DNA of 63,757 bases. Origin: Candidatus Eiseniibacteriota bacterium. Its GTDB lineage: Bacteria > Eisenbacteria > RBG-16-71-46. A program made the position numbers and the translations under genes. The notes below the pieces were generated by a model. It saw only the letters and a list, made by a program, of their open reading frames with translations. It was not told the DNA's origin and did no database searches. The stretch spans positions 1 through 63,757 of the forward strand of contig JBBRLX010000027.1 of assembly GCA_038231135.1 (NCBI GenBank). The letters run 5' to 3'. Positions within the stretch are counted from its first letter, which is position 1, and each line of letters begins with the position of its first letter. Below, piece after piece: positions 38,644 through 48,481 of the stretch.

Positions 38644-38673
38644 TTGACATGCAAGCATGCACTTGCATATTAT
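38644..38673 (+). promoter_or_regulatory. Promoter TTGACA-N18-TATTAT with palindrome ATGCAAG-N6-CTTGCAT (probable ArsR operator)
   Basis: Perfect 7-bp inverted repeat at 38649-38668 between the -35 and -10 boxes, 13 bp before the ArsR ATG. Confidence 0.75.
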
Positions 38674-38686
38674 TCCGCTACCCATC

Positions 38687-39004
38687 ATGGACAAGGTCTT
38701 CAAGGCACTCTCGGACCCGAGCCGGCGGAAGTTGTTGGACCGGCTCTACGCCACCAGCGGGCTGACGCTCGGCCAGTTGTGCGAGCAGATGGGCATGTCC
38801 CGGCAGGCGGTGACGCAGCATCTCGGAGTCCTCGAGGGGGCGAACCTCGTGAGCACGGTGTGGCGCGGACGGGAGAAGCACCACTACCTCAATTCCGTTC
38901 CGATCCACGAGATCTACGACCGGTGGGTGAGGAAGTTCGAACGACGCGGACTGAAGGCGCTGGATCAACTGAAGAGGCAGATGGAAGGGGAGGCGTATGA
39001 CTGA
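38687..39004 (+). CDS. ArsR/SmtB family transcriptional regulator
   Basis: MDKVFKALSDPSRRKLLDRL...MSRQAVTQHL.VLE.ANLV....GREKHHYLN.VPI. Confidence 0.92.
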   Translation: MDKVFKALSDPSRRKLLDRLYATSGLTLGQLCEQMGMSRQAVTQHLGVLEGANLVSTVWRGREKHHYLNSVPIHEIYDRWVRKFERRGLKALDQLKRQMEGEAYD

Positions 39005-39470
39005 AGCGGAATTCGTTTACGTGACGTACATCGCGGCCGCACAGCAGCGAATCTGGGACGCCCTCGTCAAGCCCGAGTTCACGAAACAGTACTGGGGCAA
39101 GGCCAACGTCTCGGACTGGAAACCCGGCTCGACCTGGGAGCATCGCGATACCGATGACGCCGGCTCGGTGATGATCGCCGGCAAAGTGGTCGAGAGCGAA
39201 CCACCCCGGCGACTGGTGCTGACGTGGGCCGCCCCCCGGGATGCCGCCGACCCGGCCGCGCATTCGCGGGTGACGTTCGAGCTGGAGCCGATCGACAGCA
39301 TGGTGCGCCTGACGGTGACGCACGACCGGCTCACGCCGGGTTCGGACATGAACCGCAGCATTTCTGCCGGCTGGCCGCGCGTGCTGTCCAGCCTCAAGTC
39401 ATTCCTCGAAACCGGCAAGGCGCTTCCGACCTGGGTGAAGACCGCGCAGGCCGCGAAGACCGCGCAATAG
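38997..39470 (+). CDS. SRPBCC/AHA1 (CalC-like) domain protein
   Basis: FVYVTYI....RIWDAL..PEFTKQYW...SDWKPGS...G.V.E.EPPRRLVLTW...SRVTFELE...GWP.VLSSLKSFLETG. Confidence 0.92.
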   Translation: MTEAEFVYVTYIAAAQQRIWDALVKPEFTKQYWGKANVSDWKPGSTWEHRDTDDAGSVMIAGKVVESEPPRRLVLTWAAPRDAADPAAHSRVTFELEPIDSMVRLTVTHDRLTPGSDMNRSISAGWPRVLSSLKSFLETGKALPTWVKTAQAAKTAQ

Positions 39471-39899
39471 ACGACCCGAACCCAGCATCACCGCGGGCGG
39501 GCATCGCCGCGGCTCCTCCAGAGACGATCGCGCTGATGGCCGGCGCGGTCGTCGTGGAGGTGATCGCGTGGAGGTGGTTCGGATGGGGCGCCGGGGTCCC
39601 GGATGACACACTCCAACGGGTTCTCGACCGGGCGCGGGTGTTGTCTGAGGGAATGGCTGGCTCCTGCGTTCGCCCGCTGAGCGTCTCCGGAGGGGCCCGC
39701 CGGGCCGATCTCGTGCACCCCGCAGGCCTTGACGTCAAGGGTCTGTCAGTCCACATCGAGAGGTGAGCCCTTTCGAGGCCTGGGCGGAACCGCATGTACC
39801 CATGCGGGTATCTAATAGGTGCGCGCCGTTACCCCTCGCGCTGCCGCCGGGCGGAAGTCCGCCCTCACGTAGTTCCGGATCCCATCGAGGTCGTCGCCG

Positions 39900-40391
39900 A
39901 TGCGAAGGCTGCTGGCAGGTTGTCTGGCGCTGCTCGTCGTTGCGATGCCAGTGTCGGCCAGGACGGCGAAGGCGCCGGCCACTCCGCCGGCGTTCTCGCT
40001 GCCGACGCTGTCGGGCCCGGTATCGCTCGATTCGCTGCGCGGCAAGGTGGTCATGGTGGACTTCTGGGCGTCGTGGTGCGAACCCTGCCGGAAGTCGTTC
40101 CCCTGGATGAGCACGCTCCAGCAGCGCTACGGACCCAGGGGGTTCGCGATCGTCGCCATCAATCTCGACAAGTCCCGGGACGCGGCGGACCAGTTCCTCG
40201 CGGAATTCCCGGCGCCGTTCCTGGTGGCATTCGACCCCGTCGGCAAGACCGCCGAAGCGTACAAGGTGAAGGCGATGCCGTCGGGCTGTGTGATCGGGCG
40301 CGACGGCAAGATCCTCGAGACGCACGCGGGTTTCGACGCGAAGCGCGCGGCGGCCATCGAAGCAGTGATCGCCGGGGCGGTGTCGAAATGA
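39900..40391 (+). CDS. TlpA/ResA-like thiol-disulfide oxidoreductase
   Basis: Signal peptide; LRGKVVMVDFWASWCEPCRKSFPWM; Y.VKAMPS. Confidence 0.92.
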   Translation: MRRLLAGCLALLVVAMPVSARTAKAPATPPAFSLPTLSGPVSLDSLRGKVVMVDFWASWCEPCRKSFPWMSTLQQRYGPRGFAIVAINLDKSRDAADQFLAEFPAPFLVAFDPVGKTAEAYKVKAMPSGCVIGRDGKILETHAGFDAKRAAAIEAVIAGAVSK

Positions 40392-40615
40392 GCCCGCGCA
40401 CGCGACTCGCATGGGGGCTCGTGCTGCTGCTCGCCGCGATGGCGGCCAGCGGCTGTGCGACGGTGCGGCCCTGGGATCGCGACCTGCTCGCCGAGAAGAA
40501 GATGCGGTTCGTGCCCGTTCCGCTCGAAGCCGCCGCGGACGACCACATCTATTTCAGCACCGAGGGTTCCACGGGCGGAATGGACGCCGCCGGCGGAGGC
40601 TGCGGGTGCAACTAG
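40388..40615 (+). CDS. DUF4266 family lipoprotein
   Basis: ATGA overlap with TlpA; lipobox ASG-C; VRPWDR..LA...M; HIYFS.EG; terminal GGGCGCN. Confidence 0.9.
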   Translation: MSPRTRLAWGLVLLLAAMAASGCATVRPWDRDLLAEKKMRFVPVPLEAAADDHIYFSTEGSTGGMDAAGGGCGCN

Positions 40616-41943
40616 AGGATCGCGGCGGCGCGAGCGTCCGCCGGCGGCTGGCCGCGGCCGCGTGTGTATTACTGGCGGCCGGAGCGCCCGGCGCCGCGAG
40701 CGGGCAGAGCGCGACGCCGGCGGCGGCGACCGGCGAAGCCGCGGTGAAATGGCGGTTCGAAGGCTCGGGCCTGCTCTATGGCGAGCAGAGCCGCGCCAAC
40801 GTCGTCGAGCCGGTGGCGCGCATCACCCGGCTGTTCTCGAGCGGGCAGGCGCTGTCGGCGCAGTTCACGCTGGACGCCATCACGGGCGCGTCACCGACCG
40901 GCGCGATGCCGTCGGGCACGGTGCAGACCACGACCTCCGCCTCCGGCCAGACATCGACGACGGCGGCCAATGCGGTCCCGACGCATCCGTTCCATGATCT
41001 TCGGGGAGCGCTGGATCTGCAGTGGGTGCGTCCGATCGGCTCGCTCGTCACCATCACCGCCGGCGGCCATGCATCCCGGGAAAAGGACTACCAGTCGCTC
41101 GGCTCGCATGGCACGTTGTCGGTCGATCTGCTGCACCGCCTCACCACGGTCACGCTCGGTGGAGCCGTATATCACGATGGTGTGTTCCCGGTCGGCGGAA
41201 CTCCGGTCGGGCTTGCCGACAGCACGGTGGCAAAACACTTCGGAACGCAGGCCAAGGACGTCACGACCGCGCTTGCCGGAGTGTCCCAGGTGCTCAGCCG
41301 GCGCTGGATGCTCGGGGTCACCGCATCCCGCACCCGCGAGACCGGGTACCTCACCGAACCTTACAAAATCGTGAGCGTCCTCGATCCCACGACGGGCCTG
41401 CCGACCGGGCAGTTGACCGAGAACCGCCCATCCAACCGGATGCGCAACGACGTTCTGACGAGCTCGGTGTTTCACTTCGACAGCGACGTGTTCTATCTCT
41501 CGCACCGCTACTACTGGGACGACTGGCGCATCCATTCCAACACACTCGACATCAAGGTGCGGCACGACATTTCGCAGGACATGTGGATCCAGCCGCACGT
41601 CCGTGGCTACGAACAGTCGAGCGCGCAATTCTTCGTGTTCGGTCTGACCCACGGGCCGCCGGCGTCGCTGCCGACGTACGCGAGCGCGGACGACCGCCTG
41701 GGTCCGCTGCGCTCCGTGACGCTCGGCGCCACCTATGGGTTCCGCGTGCCCGGGCAGCCGGGCGAGTTCACGATCCGCGGCGAGTACATGTATCAGTGGG
41801 TGTCCGGCCAGCCCGCGGGGCCGAGCCTGCAGCAGAACAACGGTGAGAACGAGAACGGCGGAACCGCAGGCGGGACGGGCGGTGGATCCGTTTCCGGAAC
41901 CAGTATCGGATCGCTCCTGGCCGGCTACACCGTTCAGTTCTGA
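40606..41943 (+). CDS. DUF3570 family outer-membrane protein with flavinylation motif
   Basis: GTG start overlapping the DUF4266 end; LYGE..R, DAITGASPTG, F.D.R, SREKDYQS, GYLTEPY, RYYWDDW, SADDRL; terminal F. Confidence 0.85.
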   Translation: MQLEDRGGASVRRRLAAAACVLLAAGAPGAASGQSATPAAATGEAAVKWRFEGSGLLYGEQSRANVVEPVARITRLFSSGQALSAQFTLDAITGASPTGAMPSGTVQTTTSASGQTSTTAANAVPTHPFHDLRGALDLQWVRPIGSLVTITAGGHASREKDYQSLGSHGTLSVDLLHRLTTVTLGGAVYHDGVFPVGGTPVGLADSTVAKHFGTQAKDVTTALAGVSQVLSRRWMLGVTASRTRETGYLTEPYKIVSVLDPTTGLPTGQLTENRPSNRMRNDVLTSSVFHFDSDVFYLSHRYYWDDWRIHSNTLDIKVRHDISQDMWIQPHVRGYEQSSAQFFVFGLTHGPPASLPTYASADDRLGPLRSVTLGATYGFRVPGQPGEFTIRGEYMYQWVSGQPAGPSLQQNNGENENGGTAGGTGGGSVSGTSIGSLLAGYTVQF

Positions 41944-41949
41944 GGCTCC

Positions 41950-42864
41950 GTGTCCGTTCGGTCGCAGCCAGGGAACGCGGGCTCGCTGTCGCTCGAACGT
42001 CGCGGGGATCACTTCCTCGGACGGTTCGTGGCGATGGCGAGCCCGTGCGAGTTGCTGGTGGATACCGATGACCGCGACGAAGCGGCGGCGGCGCTCGAAA
42101 TCGTGCGGGCCGAGGCGCTGCGCGTCGAGCGCAAGTTCAGCCGCTACCGCGACGACAACGTCGTTCACGCCATCAATCATGCCGGCGGTCGCCCGGTCGA
42201 AGTCGACGACGAGACAGCGAGGCTGCTCGACTACGCCGCGACATGCCACGAGATGTCGGAGGGTCGCTTCGACATCACGTCGGGTGTGTTGCGACGGGTG
42301 TGGACGTTCGACGGCGGCGATCGTGTGCCGGACCCGGCCGCCGTGGCCGAGGCACTGGGGCACGTCGGGTGGCAGCGGGTGACCTGGAGCGGCCGCACTC
42401 TCGTCATGCCCGCGGGCATGGAGATCGACCTCGGTGGCGTGGGGAAGGAATACGCGGTCGACCGGGCGGCCGGGCTGGTGCCTGCCGCGACCCGGGCCGC
42501 GTGCGTCGTCAACTTCGGAGGTGACCTGGTCGCCTCCGGTCCGCGGCGCGGGGACCAGCCGTGGAACGTGGGCGTGGACGATCCGGAGCGCACCGGTGAG
42601 GCCGCGCTGTGGCGGATCGAGTTGTCGCGCGGCGGACTCGCGACCAGTGGTGACGCCCGCCGCTTCGTGATGTGGAACGGGCGCCGGCTCGGGCACGTGC
42701 TCGACCCGCGAACCGGCTGGCCGGTGGCGGGGGCGCCGCGCTCGGTCACCGTGCTCGCCGCGACCTGCGTCGAGGCGGGCATGCTGGCCACGCTCGCGTG
42801 CCTGCGCGGCCCCGCCGCCGCGCGGTTCCTCGAGGAGCAGGGCGTGCGGTTTCGCATCGTGTGA
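41950..42864 (+). CDS. apbE: FAD:protein FMN transferase
   Basis: F.AMASPCE, KFSRYR, SEGRFDITSG, IDLGGVGKEYAVD, VNFGGD, ATSGD, HVLDPRTGWP, SVTV. Confidence 0.93.
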   Translation: MSVRSQPGNAGSLSLERRGDHFLGRFVAMASPCELLVDTDDRDEAAAALEIVRAEALRVERKFSRYRDDNVVHAINHAGGRPVEVDDETARLLDYAATCHEMSEGRFDITSGVLRRVWTFDGGDRVPDPAAVAEALGHVGWQRVTWSGRTLVMPAGMEIDLGGVGKEYAVDRAAGLVPAATRAACVVNFGGDLVASGPRRGDQPWNVGVDDPERTGEAALWRIELSRGGLATSGDARRFVMWNGRRLGHVLDPRTGWPVAGAPRSVTVLAATCVEAGMLATLACLRGPAAARFLEEQGVRFRIV

Positions 42865-42938
42865 CGTTAGGGTGGCGCCGTGCTGTATGACGGCACGAAG
42901 GCGGTGTCCGGAACCGGTGCGCGCAGCTTCCGCCACCG

Positions 42939-43115
42939 CTAGAACGCAATCGAGAGCTGACCGGCGACGAGAGGTAGGTGCGGCGACCGTTCGGACGCCC
43001 GGTATCGAGCTGGGTGCGCGGGTAGGTCAGTCTCACGTTGGTGTCGTGGCTCAGGCGGTAGCCGGCCCCGGCTTCGATTCGCCCGACGTTGGCATCCCAT
43101 GGCAGCCAGTACGCC
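42939..43115 (-). pseudogene. 3' remnant of an outer-membrane beta-barrel gene
   Basis: WLPWDANVGRIEAGAGYRLSHDTNVRLTY.RTQL, then a frameshift (~42972) to LVAGQLSIAF* (terminal-Phe beta signal); no 5' part. Confidence 0.55.
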
Positions 43116-43177
43116 GCGAACCAGCATCGCCGCGCGCGGCCCCCGGCCCGCGCGTTTCGGGCGCGGTGTGCTCCGAA

Positions 43178-44713
43178 CTAGGGCGTGCGCGGCCGGGCCA
43201 CCGCCTGGGGACGCGTGATCAGGCCGGTTCGCGACCAGAACACGGTGTCGTTGTCGAACACGGTCCAGCCAGTGACGTAATAGTCCTCCACGACCTTCTT
43301 CAGGAAGTCGCGGTTGTCGAGGACGACCGCGCTGTAGGCGTTGCGAGCCAGACGCGAGCGCAGGCTGTCCATCAGCGCGTGCTCGAGCGGCGTCTTCGCC
43401 GTGTTCACGATCTCGATGAACGGCATCTCGTGGAAATTCGCCGCACGCCCGGCGCGAACCGCGAGGTAGGAGTGGCCGGGAATGAGCACATCACCCGCGG
43501 TGCTCCGCAGCGTTCGAACGAGGTAGTCTCCGCTGGCGCGGTCCGCGGCGGTGGGCAGTTGCTGGCGCGGGTCATAGACCAGCAGCACGAACTGCGCGAC
43601 CCAGGCGAGGGCGACGAACGACGCGAGTCGCTTCGTCACGTCGGTACCGGCTCCACGGATCCATTCCGTTACCACATGCCACCCGAGCCCGAACAGGATG
43701 GCGATTCCGGCATGCGCGGTCATGAGGACGTTGTCATACCCGCCCCGAAACATGCGCAGCGACCACGAGCAGGCCACCAGCCCGGCAGCCAGTGCGCCGT
43801 AGAACCCGCGCGCCGGCCGGCGTCCGGCCTCGCCGGGCAGGACCAGGAACAGCAGCGACGTGAGCACCGCGATCGCCAGCGGCGCCATCACGTCACGGCT
43901 CCAGAACTGCGGGATCAGCCCGGGATCGATCGTGTGGCGCGATGGAATGTCGAAGATGTAATAGGAATACCAGTGGTGGGTGGCGAGATCGATGGCGAGC
44001 GTGGAGCCCGCGATGAGCACGACCAGCGTCGCCGCGAGCACCATGAACCGGCGCCGGTCCGAGAGCAGTTCGTAGAGCAGCAGCGGCGCCATGACGGTCA
44101 CCGCGGACTGCTTCGAGAGGAACGCGAGCGTGAGCAGCACGCCGCCCGCGACGGGTCCGCGCCAGCGCGTCGCGTCGGCTCGCAGCACCAGCGCCGCCGC
44201 GAGCAGCAGCATCACGTGGAGCGAATCGGCCCGGGCGATGTCGAACCATGCCCCGCCGAGCCGGTAGGTCGCGGCGAACATGCAGGCCGCCAGCGTCCCC
44301 GCCGTCGTGCTGCGGGTCTCGCGGCGGACCAGCGTGAAGATCAGGACGAAGCAGCCGAGCGAGGCCGCGAACGAGACGGCCCGCAGCGCGAGGAAGCCAT
44401 CGCCGAGGATGCGGGTCGCGAGCGCCGCGACGTGAAAATACAGCGGGGTATAGAGGAGCGGGATATAGCCGAGCGACGGCGCCACGTAGAGTGGCTGGGC
44501 GTGCAGCACGCGCTGCGTCTGTTCGAGCGCGACCCCTTCCATCCATTCGAGCTCGAACGGGTACGCCATGCGGAGTGCCGCGACGACGAGGTAGGCGATC
44601 GGATAGACCACCGCGACCGCGAGCAGCAGTCGCTGCAGCACGTTCGCTGGAACGCGGGTGGCGGGGTGACGTGCCAGGGGCGGCCTCCTGTGAACGAAAG
44701 GGCTACTGCGCAT
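43178..44713 (-). CDS. GT-C (ArnT/PMT, GT39-like) membrane glycosyltransferase
   Basis: PFELEWMEG, LYTPLY, R.VS, WFDIARADS, FLSKQ; many TM helices; start uncertain. Confidence 0.82.
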   Translation of the reverse strand: MRSSPFVHRRPPLARHPATRVPANVLQRLLLAVAVVYPIAYLVVAALRMAYPFELEWMEGVALEQTQRVLHAQPLYVAPSLGYIPLLYTPLYFHVAALATRILGDGFLALRAVSFAASLGCFVLIFTLVRRETRSTTAGTLAACMFAATYRLGGAWFDIARADSLHVMLLLAAALVLRADATRWRGPVAGGVLLTLAFLSKQSAVTVMAPLLLYELLSDRRRFMVLAATLVVLIAGSTLAIDLATHHWYSYYIFDIPSRHTIDPGLIPQFWSRDVMAPLAIAVLTSLLFLVLPGEAGRRPARGFYGALAAGLVACSWSLRMFRGGYDNVLMTAHAGIAILFGLGWHVVTEWIRGAGTDVTKRLASFVALAWVAQFVLLVYDPRQQLPTAADRASGDYLVRTLRSTAGDVLIPGHSYLAVRAGRAANFHEMPFIEIVNTAKTPLEHALMDSLRSRLARNAYSAVVLDNRDFLKKVVEDYYVTGWTVFDNDTVFWSRTGLITRPQAVARPRTP

Positions 44714-44778
44714 GACGTTAGCATCTGGCGCCGGCATCGCCCACGCGGCGCCCATCGGCCCCGCCGCGTCCGGGAGCG

Positions 44779-47691
44779 CTACTTCAGCGTATACGTGAAC
44801 AGCAGCATCACGTACGGGCGCAACGTCAGGTTGCTCGTGTCCTGCACGTAACTGTCGGACGTGGTCCGGCTCACGCTGTGATTCTGGTCGAGCAGGTCGG
44901 TCGCCGTGAGTCGCAGCTCGCCGCGGCGGCCTTGCAGGAACTTCTCCGCGAGGCTCGCGTTCCACAGCACGACATTCTGGTCGTAGCCGGCGCCCAGCCC
45001 GCGGTACAGCACCTGGCTCAGCTCGTTGCGCACCACGAGCCGGTTCCAGACGATGACGTTGAGCTTGAGGCCGGCCGTGTGGTTGTAGGTGCGGCTGTTC
45101 GGGGTGCTCGCCAGCGAGTTGCGCGTCGTGTTCCAGTTTCCGGCGTACGACAGCGTGTAGTCGAGGTTCTCACTGATGTTGCTGCTGACCACGGCACCCC
45201 CGGTGAGGGTCCGATTGTCGGCCAGGTTCCCGAGGCCCTGCACGAGCCCCGGCGTCCGGGTCCAGCTGACGCCGCCGTTCAGATTGAGCACGCTCTTGAT
45301 GGGGGCGAGCGACCGGCTCAGCGTGAGGAACGAGTTCACGTTCCAGCGCCCGTCGAGGTTCACGGGCTGGACGAGCTGGCTCCCCGCCCGCAGCACGGCG
45401 CCAGTCGCGAGCGTGCTGTCGTGATCCGCCGTGAGCGTCGTGTTGCCGATGTAGCCGTCGGTGCGCTGGGTGGACAGCAGCAGGAACAGCCCATGGCCCT
45501 TCGCCGCGTCGGTGCTCGAGAGCCGGGCCACCGCCGTGCGGGTGACCGACTCCTGAAGCTGCGGATTGCCGGTGGTCAGCGACAGCGGGTTCGAGACGTC
45601 GATCACGTTCTGCAACTGGCTGATGCTCGGAGTGCTCGACGTGGTGAAGTACGACAACCGGAGATTCCGCTCGGCGGCCACATTCCAGTTCATCGTCATG
45701 GACGGCTGCAGGTCCGTGAACGAGCGATCGACGGTGGAGGTCACGGGCGCGGTCTGCTCGTCGTGCAGCCGGGTCGCCTGCCACCCTACATTGAGCGCCA
45801 GATTCAACCGCTTCGAGCGCACCAGGTAACCGAGCCCCGCCGCCTGCGCCGTGCTCGTGCTCGTGTAGGAGTTGCGCAGCGCGGTGTCGGGCAGCGAATA
45901 GGCGCCGGTGATCGGGTCGCGCAGCGCGGAGTGGTTGTCCGACTGGCTGCTCGTCAGGTGCGGCGCGACGTTCAACTGCAGCATGCCCGCACCGCCGGCG
46001 GGCTCGGTCCACACGAGCCGCGTGGTCGCGGACGACGTGATGGTGTGGAGGTTCGTGTGCCGGTCGGTGGTGTCGGCCGGCGTCGCCGAGCCGGGCGCGA
46101 ACTCGTCCTCCGAGTTCAGCGTGCTGCCGCCGTTCCTGAGCGAATAGCCGAGGCCGATGTCGAGCGAGACCGTGCGCCGGGGGGTGCCGAACCGGTGGCG
46201 GAGCACGGCGTGATCCGAGAGGCTGTTGCCCGACGTGGCGGCCCGGTCGTCATTCGTCGACGCGCTCACCGTCTGCCCGTCCAGCGCCGAATTGGCCCCG
46301 TTCAGGATGCTCGTCGAGCGATTGGTCTGGAAGTACAGGCGCGGTTCCTCGACGAACGAGGTGGCCGGGCTCAGCGTGGCCTCGAACCGGGCGTCGTAGC
46401 GGTGGTTCAGATTCCGGTTGCGCGTGTCCGACGCCTGGCCGTACGCGACGATCGAATCCGCCGGCACGGCATACTGCCGGGCGAGGTCCTGGAGGTTGTG
46501 GTTGTCGGCGGCGTTGAAGAAGTAGCTCTGGGTGAATGTCACGGCCCTGCCCCAGCTCTTCGAGAGATTCGTGCCGAGAGCGCTAGTGGTGGTGAGCCCG
46601 TCCTGCTGCCCGACGAGGAAGTTGCCCGAACGCCCCGATCCGCCGGGCCCACCGCCATTGCCGCCGAAGCCCCCGAACCCGCCTCCCTGGCCGCCGCCGC
46701 GCCCGCGCCCGCCGGCGCGCCGGCCGTTGCCGCCGCCGCCGAACGCGCCGGCGCGCTGCCCGGGGGCGGACAGGACTCCGAGCAGGTCCTGCGAGGAGAA
46801 GTTCTGCTGGTTGACGTTGTCGCTCAGTCCGATGACCGAGAGGCGCGTGTCGCCGCGCAGGACATTGCCGCTGCCGCCGGTCAGATAGCGATCATCCCGG
46901 CCGGCGCCGGAGTAGGCCTTGCCGAATTCACTCGAGCGGCGGTCCGGCCGCAGGATGATGTTGATCGTCTTCGACGACTGGCCGTCGTCGAAGCCCGTGA
47001 ACTCCGACTGATCGCTCAGCTTGTCGAACACCTGGATGCGATCGATCACATCGGCGGGCAGGCTGCGCAGGGCCAGCGTGGGGTCCTGGCCGAAGAACGG
47101 CTTGCCGTCGACCAGCACCTGCTGCACGGTCTCGCCATTCGTCTTGACCTGGCCGTTCGTGACCGTGATGCCCGGCAGCTTCTCGAGCAGGTCGCCCGCG
47201 TCGGCGTCCGGATGCGTCCGGAACGCCCGGGCATTGAACTCGGTCGTGTCGGCGCGCTGGACGGATGGGGGCGGAGATGCCCGAACGTCCACGCCCTTGA
47301 GTGGCACCGCCGATCGAATCAGGACGAGGGTCCCGAGGTCCGCCGTGGCCGGCCCGATCTGGAACGAGCGGCGCAGCGGCTCGTACCCGAGGCGCAGGGC
47401 CTCGAGGCGGTACGCGTGCGGCGCCAGCCCCGAGATCCGGAACGTGCCGTCGTCCGCGGAAATCGCCACGTGGATGTCGGTCGAATCCGCCGCGTCGACG
47501 AGCCGGATGTGCGCCTCGCCGACCGGCAGCTTCGTGCCGCGTTCAACGATCGTCCCGTGAACGTCCTGCCGGGCGAGTGCCATGTCCGGCAGGGCGGCCG
47601 TGATCGCGGCGAGCCCGAGCCCGACGAGCCATGCGGATGCCGGCGGTGCCGCCCCGCGACGGATCTGCGCCGGCGGGCCGCACCCGGTCAC
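44779..47691 (-). CDS. TonB-dependent-receptor-like outer-membrane barrel with carboxypeptidase-regulatory-like N-domain (Bacteroidota type)
   Basis: DTTEFNA.AF.T.PDA...DLLEKLPG, VLVDGKPFFG.DP..AL..LPA..I..IQV.DK.SDQ.EFTGFDDG, GNPQL; terminal FTYTLK; start uncertain. Confidence 0.88.
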   Translation of the reverse strand: MTGCGPPAQIRRGAAPPASAWLVGLGLAAITAALPDMALARQDVHGTIVERGTKLPVGEAHIRLVDAADSTDIHVAISADDGTFRISGLAPHAYRLEALRLGYEPLRRSFQIGPATADLGTLVLIRSAVPLKGVDVRASPPPSVQRADTTEFNARAFRTHPDADAGDLLEKLPGITVTNGQVKTNGETVQQVLVDGKPFFGQDPTLALRSLPADVIDRIQVFDKLSDQSEFTGFDDGQSSKTINIILRPDRRSSEFGKAYSGAGRDDRYLTGGSGNVLRGDTRLSVIGLSDNVNQQNFSSQDLLGVLSAPGQRAGAFGGGGNGRRAGGRGRGGGQGGGFGGFGGNGGGPGGSGRSGNFLVGQQDGLTTTSALGTNLSKSWGRAVTFTQSYFFNAADNHNLQDLARQYAVPADSIVAYGQASDTRNRNLNHRYDARFEATLSPATSFVEEPRLYFQTNRSTSILNGANSALDGQTVSASTNDDRAATSGNSLSDHAVLRHRFGTPRRTVSLDIGLGYSLRNGGSTLNSEDEFAPGSATPADTTDRHTNLHTITSSATTRLVWTEPAGGAGMLQLNVAPHLTSSQSDNHSALRDPITGAYSLPDTALRNSYTSTSTAQAAGLGYLVRSKRLNLALNVGWQATRLHDEQTAPVTSTVDRSFTDLQPSMTMNWNVAAERNLRLSYFTTSSTPSISQLQNVIDVSNPLSLTTGNPQLQESVTRTAVARLSSTDAAKGHGLFLLLSTQRTDGYIGNTTLTADHDSTLATGAVLRAGSQLVQPVNLDGRWNVNSFLTLSRSLAPIKSVLNLNGGVSWTRTPGLVQGLGNLADNRTLTGGAVVSSNISENLDYTLSYAGNWNTTRNSLASTPNSRTYNHTAGLKLNVIVWNRLVVRNELSQVLYRGLGAGYDQNVVLWNASLAEKFLQGRRGELRLTATDLLDQNHSVSRTTSDSYVQDTSNLTLRPYVMLLFTYTLK

Positions 47692-48041
47692 CCGGAAGAT
47701 GATGAGCGTTGGATGTCCTCGAGCATCACGCCCCGGGAATCCCCGGTGCGCGCGTCGTTGAGGTCGCGAGAGGTCCATGCCGTCGGGCAATCGCATACGA
47801 CGGACGCGGCCAGCCATCGAACACAAACGCTACACTCCCCGGGGGCGCCGGTAGAAGCGCCATCCGTCTTTCCGGCGTAGAGATTTGTCAACGCGAACAG
47901 GACCACGAGCAGCGGCGTCCCGAGTTCACCGGTCCGGGATGGGCGCGGCCGGCGGACACCCCCGCTTGCAGGATGCGGCCGATCCCCCGATAGTTCCAGA
48001 GCCGCGACGATCGTCCGCGGCCTCACGAGGAGGTGCCGCGC

Positions 48042-48479
48042 ATGCGGTCCTGGAACTGGATGCTCATCATCGCCGGGGCGCTGATGATCCTGGCGGAGGT
48101 CGCGCTCGGCGGCTTCGCGGGCTTCGATCTCGTCCTCATCGGATCCACGCTGCTGATCGGCGGCGGGATCGGGCTGTGGGCGGGGTCCGCCACGGTGGGA
48201 CTCACCGTGGCTGCCGTGCTGTGCGTCGCCTACGTTGCCATCGGGCGGCGCTTCGTGCGCCGTCGCGTGCAGCGGCCCAATATCAGCACCAACACCGATG
48301 CCTTGCTCGGGCGCGAGGCCCTGGTGCTGCAGCGCATCGCGCCGCACCAGCCCGGCCAGGTCAAGGTCAACGACGAAGTCTGGCGCGCGGCGCTGGCGCA
48401 CGGAACGACCCAGGCCGTCGAGGCGGGCGCGCACGTAACGGTCGCCGCCGTCGACGGCGTCACCCTGCAGGTGAGGTAG
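48042..48479 (+). CDS. NfeD family membrane protein
   Basis: GAGGAGG RBS; three TM segments; LLGREALV...[12 protein letters not shown]...V.V.AVDGVTL.V. Confidence 0.9.
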   Translation: MRSWNWMLIIAGALMILAEVALGGFAGFDLVLIGSTLLIGGGIGLWAGSATVGLTVAAVLCVAYVAIGRRFVRRRVQRPNISTNTDALLGREALVLQRIAPHQPGQVKVNDEVWRAALAHGTTQAVEAGAHVTVAAVDGVTLQVR

Positions 48480-48481
48480 CC

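Noticed and set aside
39480..39800. Possible gene remnant between SRPBCC and TlpA
   Set aside because: No frame gives a convincing family motif
33547..42864. Selenocysteine or stop-codon readthrough in the redox genes
   Set aside because: All Cys motifs use normal codons, and each TGA falls at a natural protein end or start-stop overlap
46620..46760. GGC-rich low-complexity tract
   Set aside because: Encodes a Gly-rich loop common in this receptor family; not a separate element
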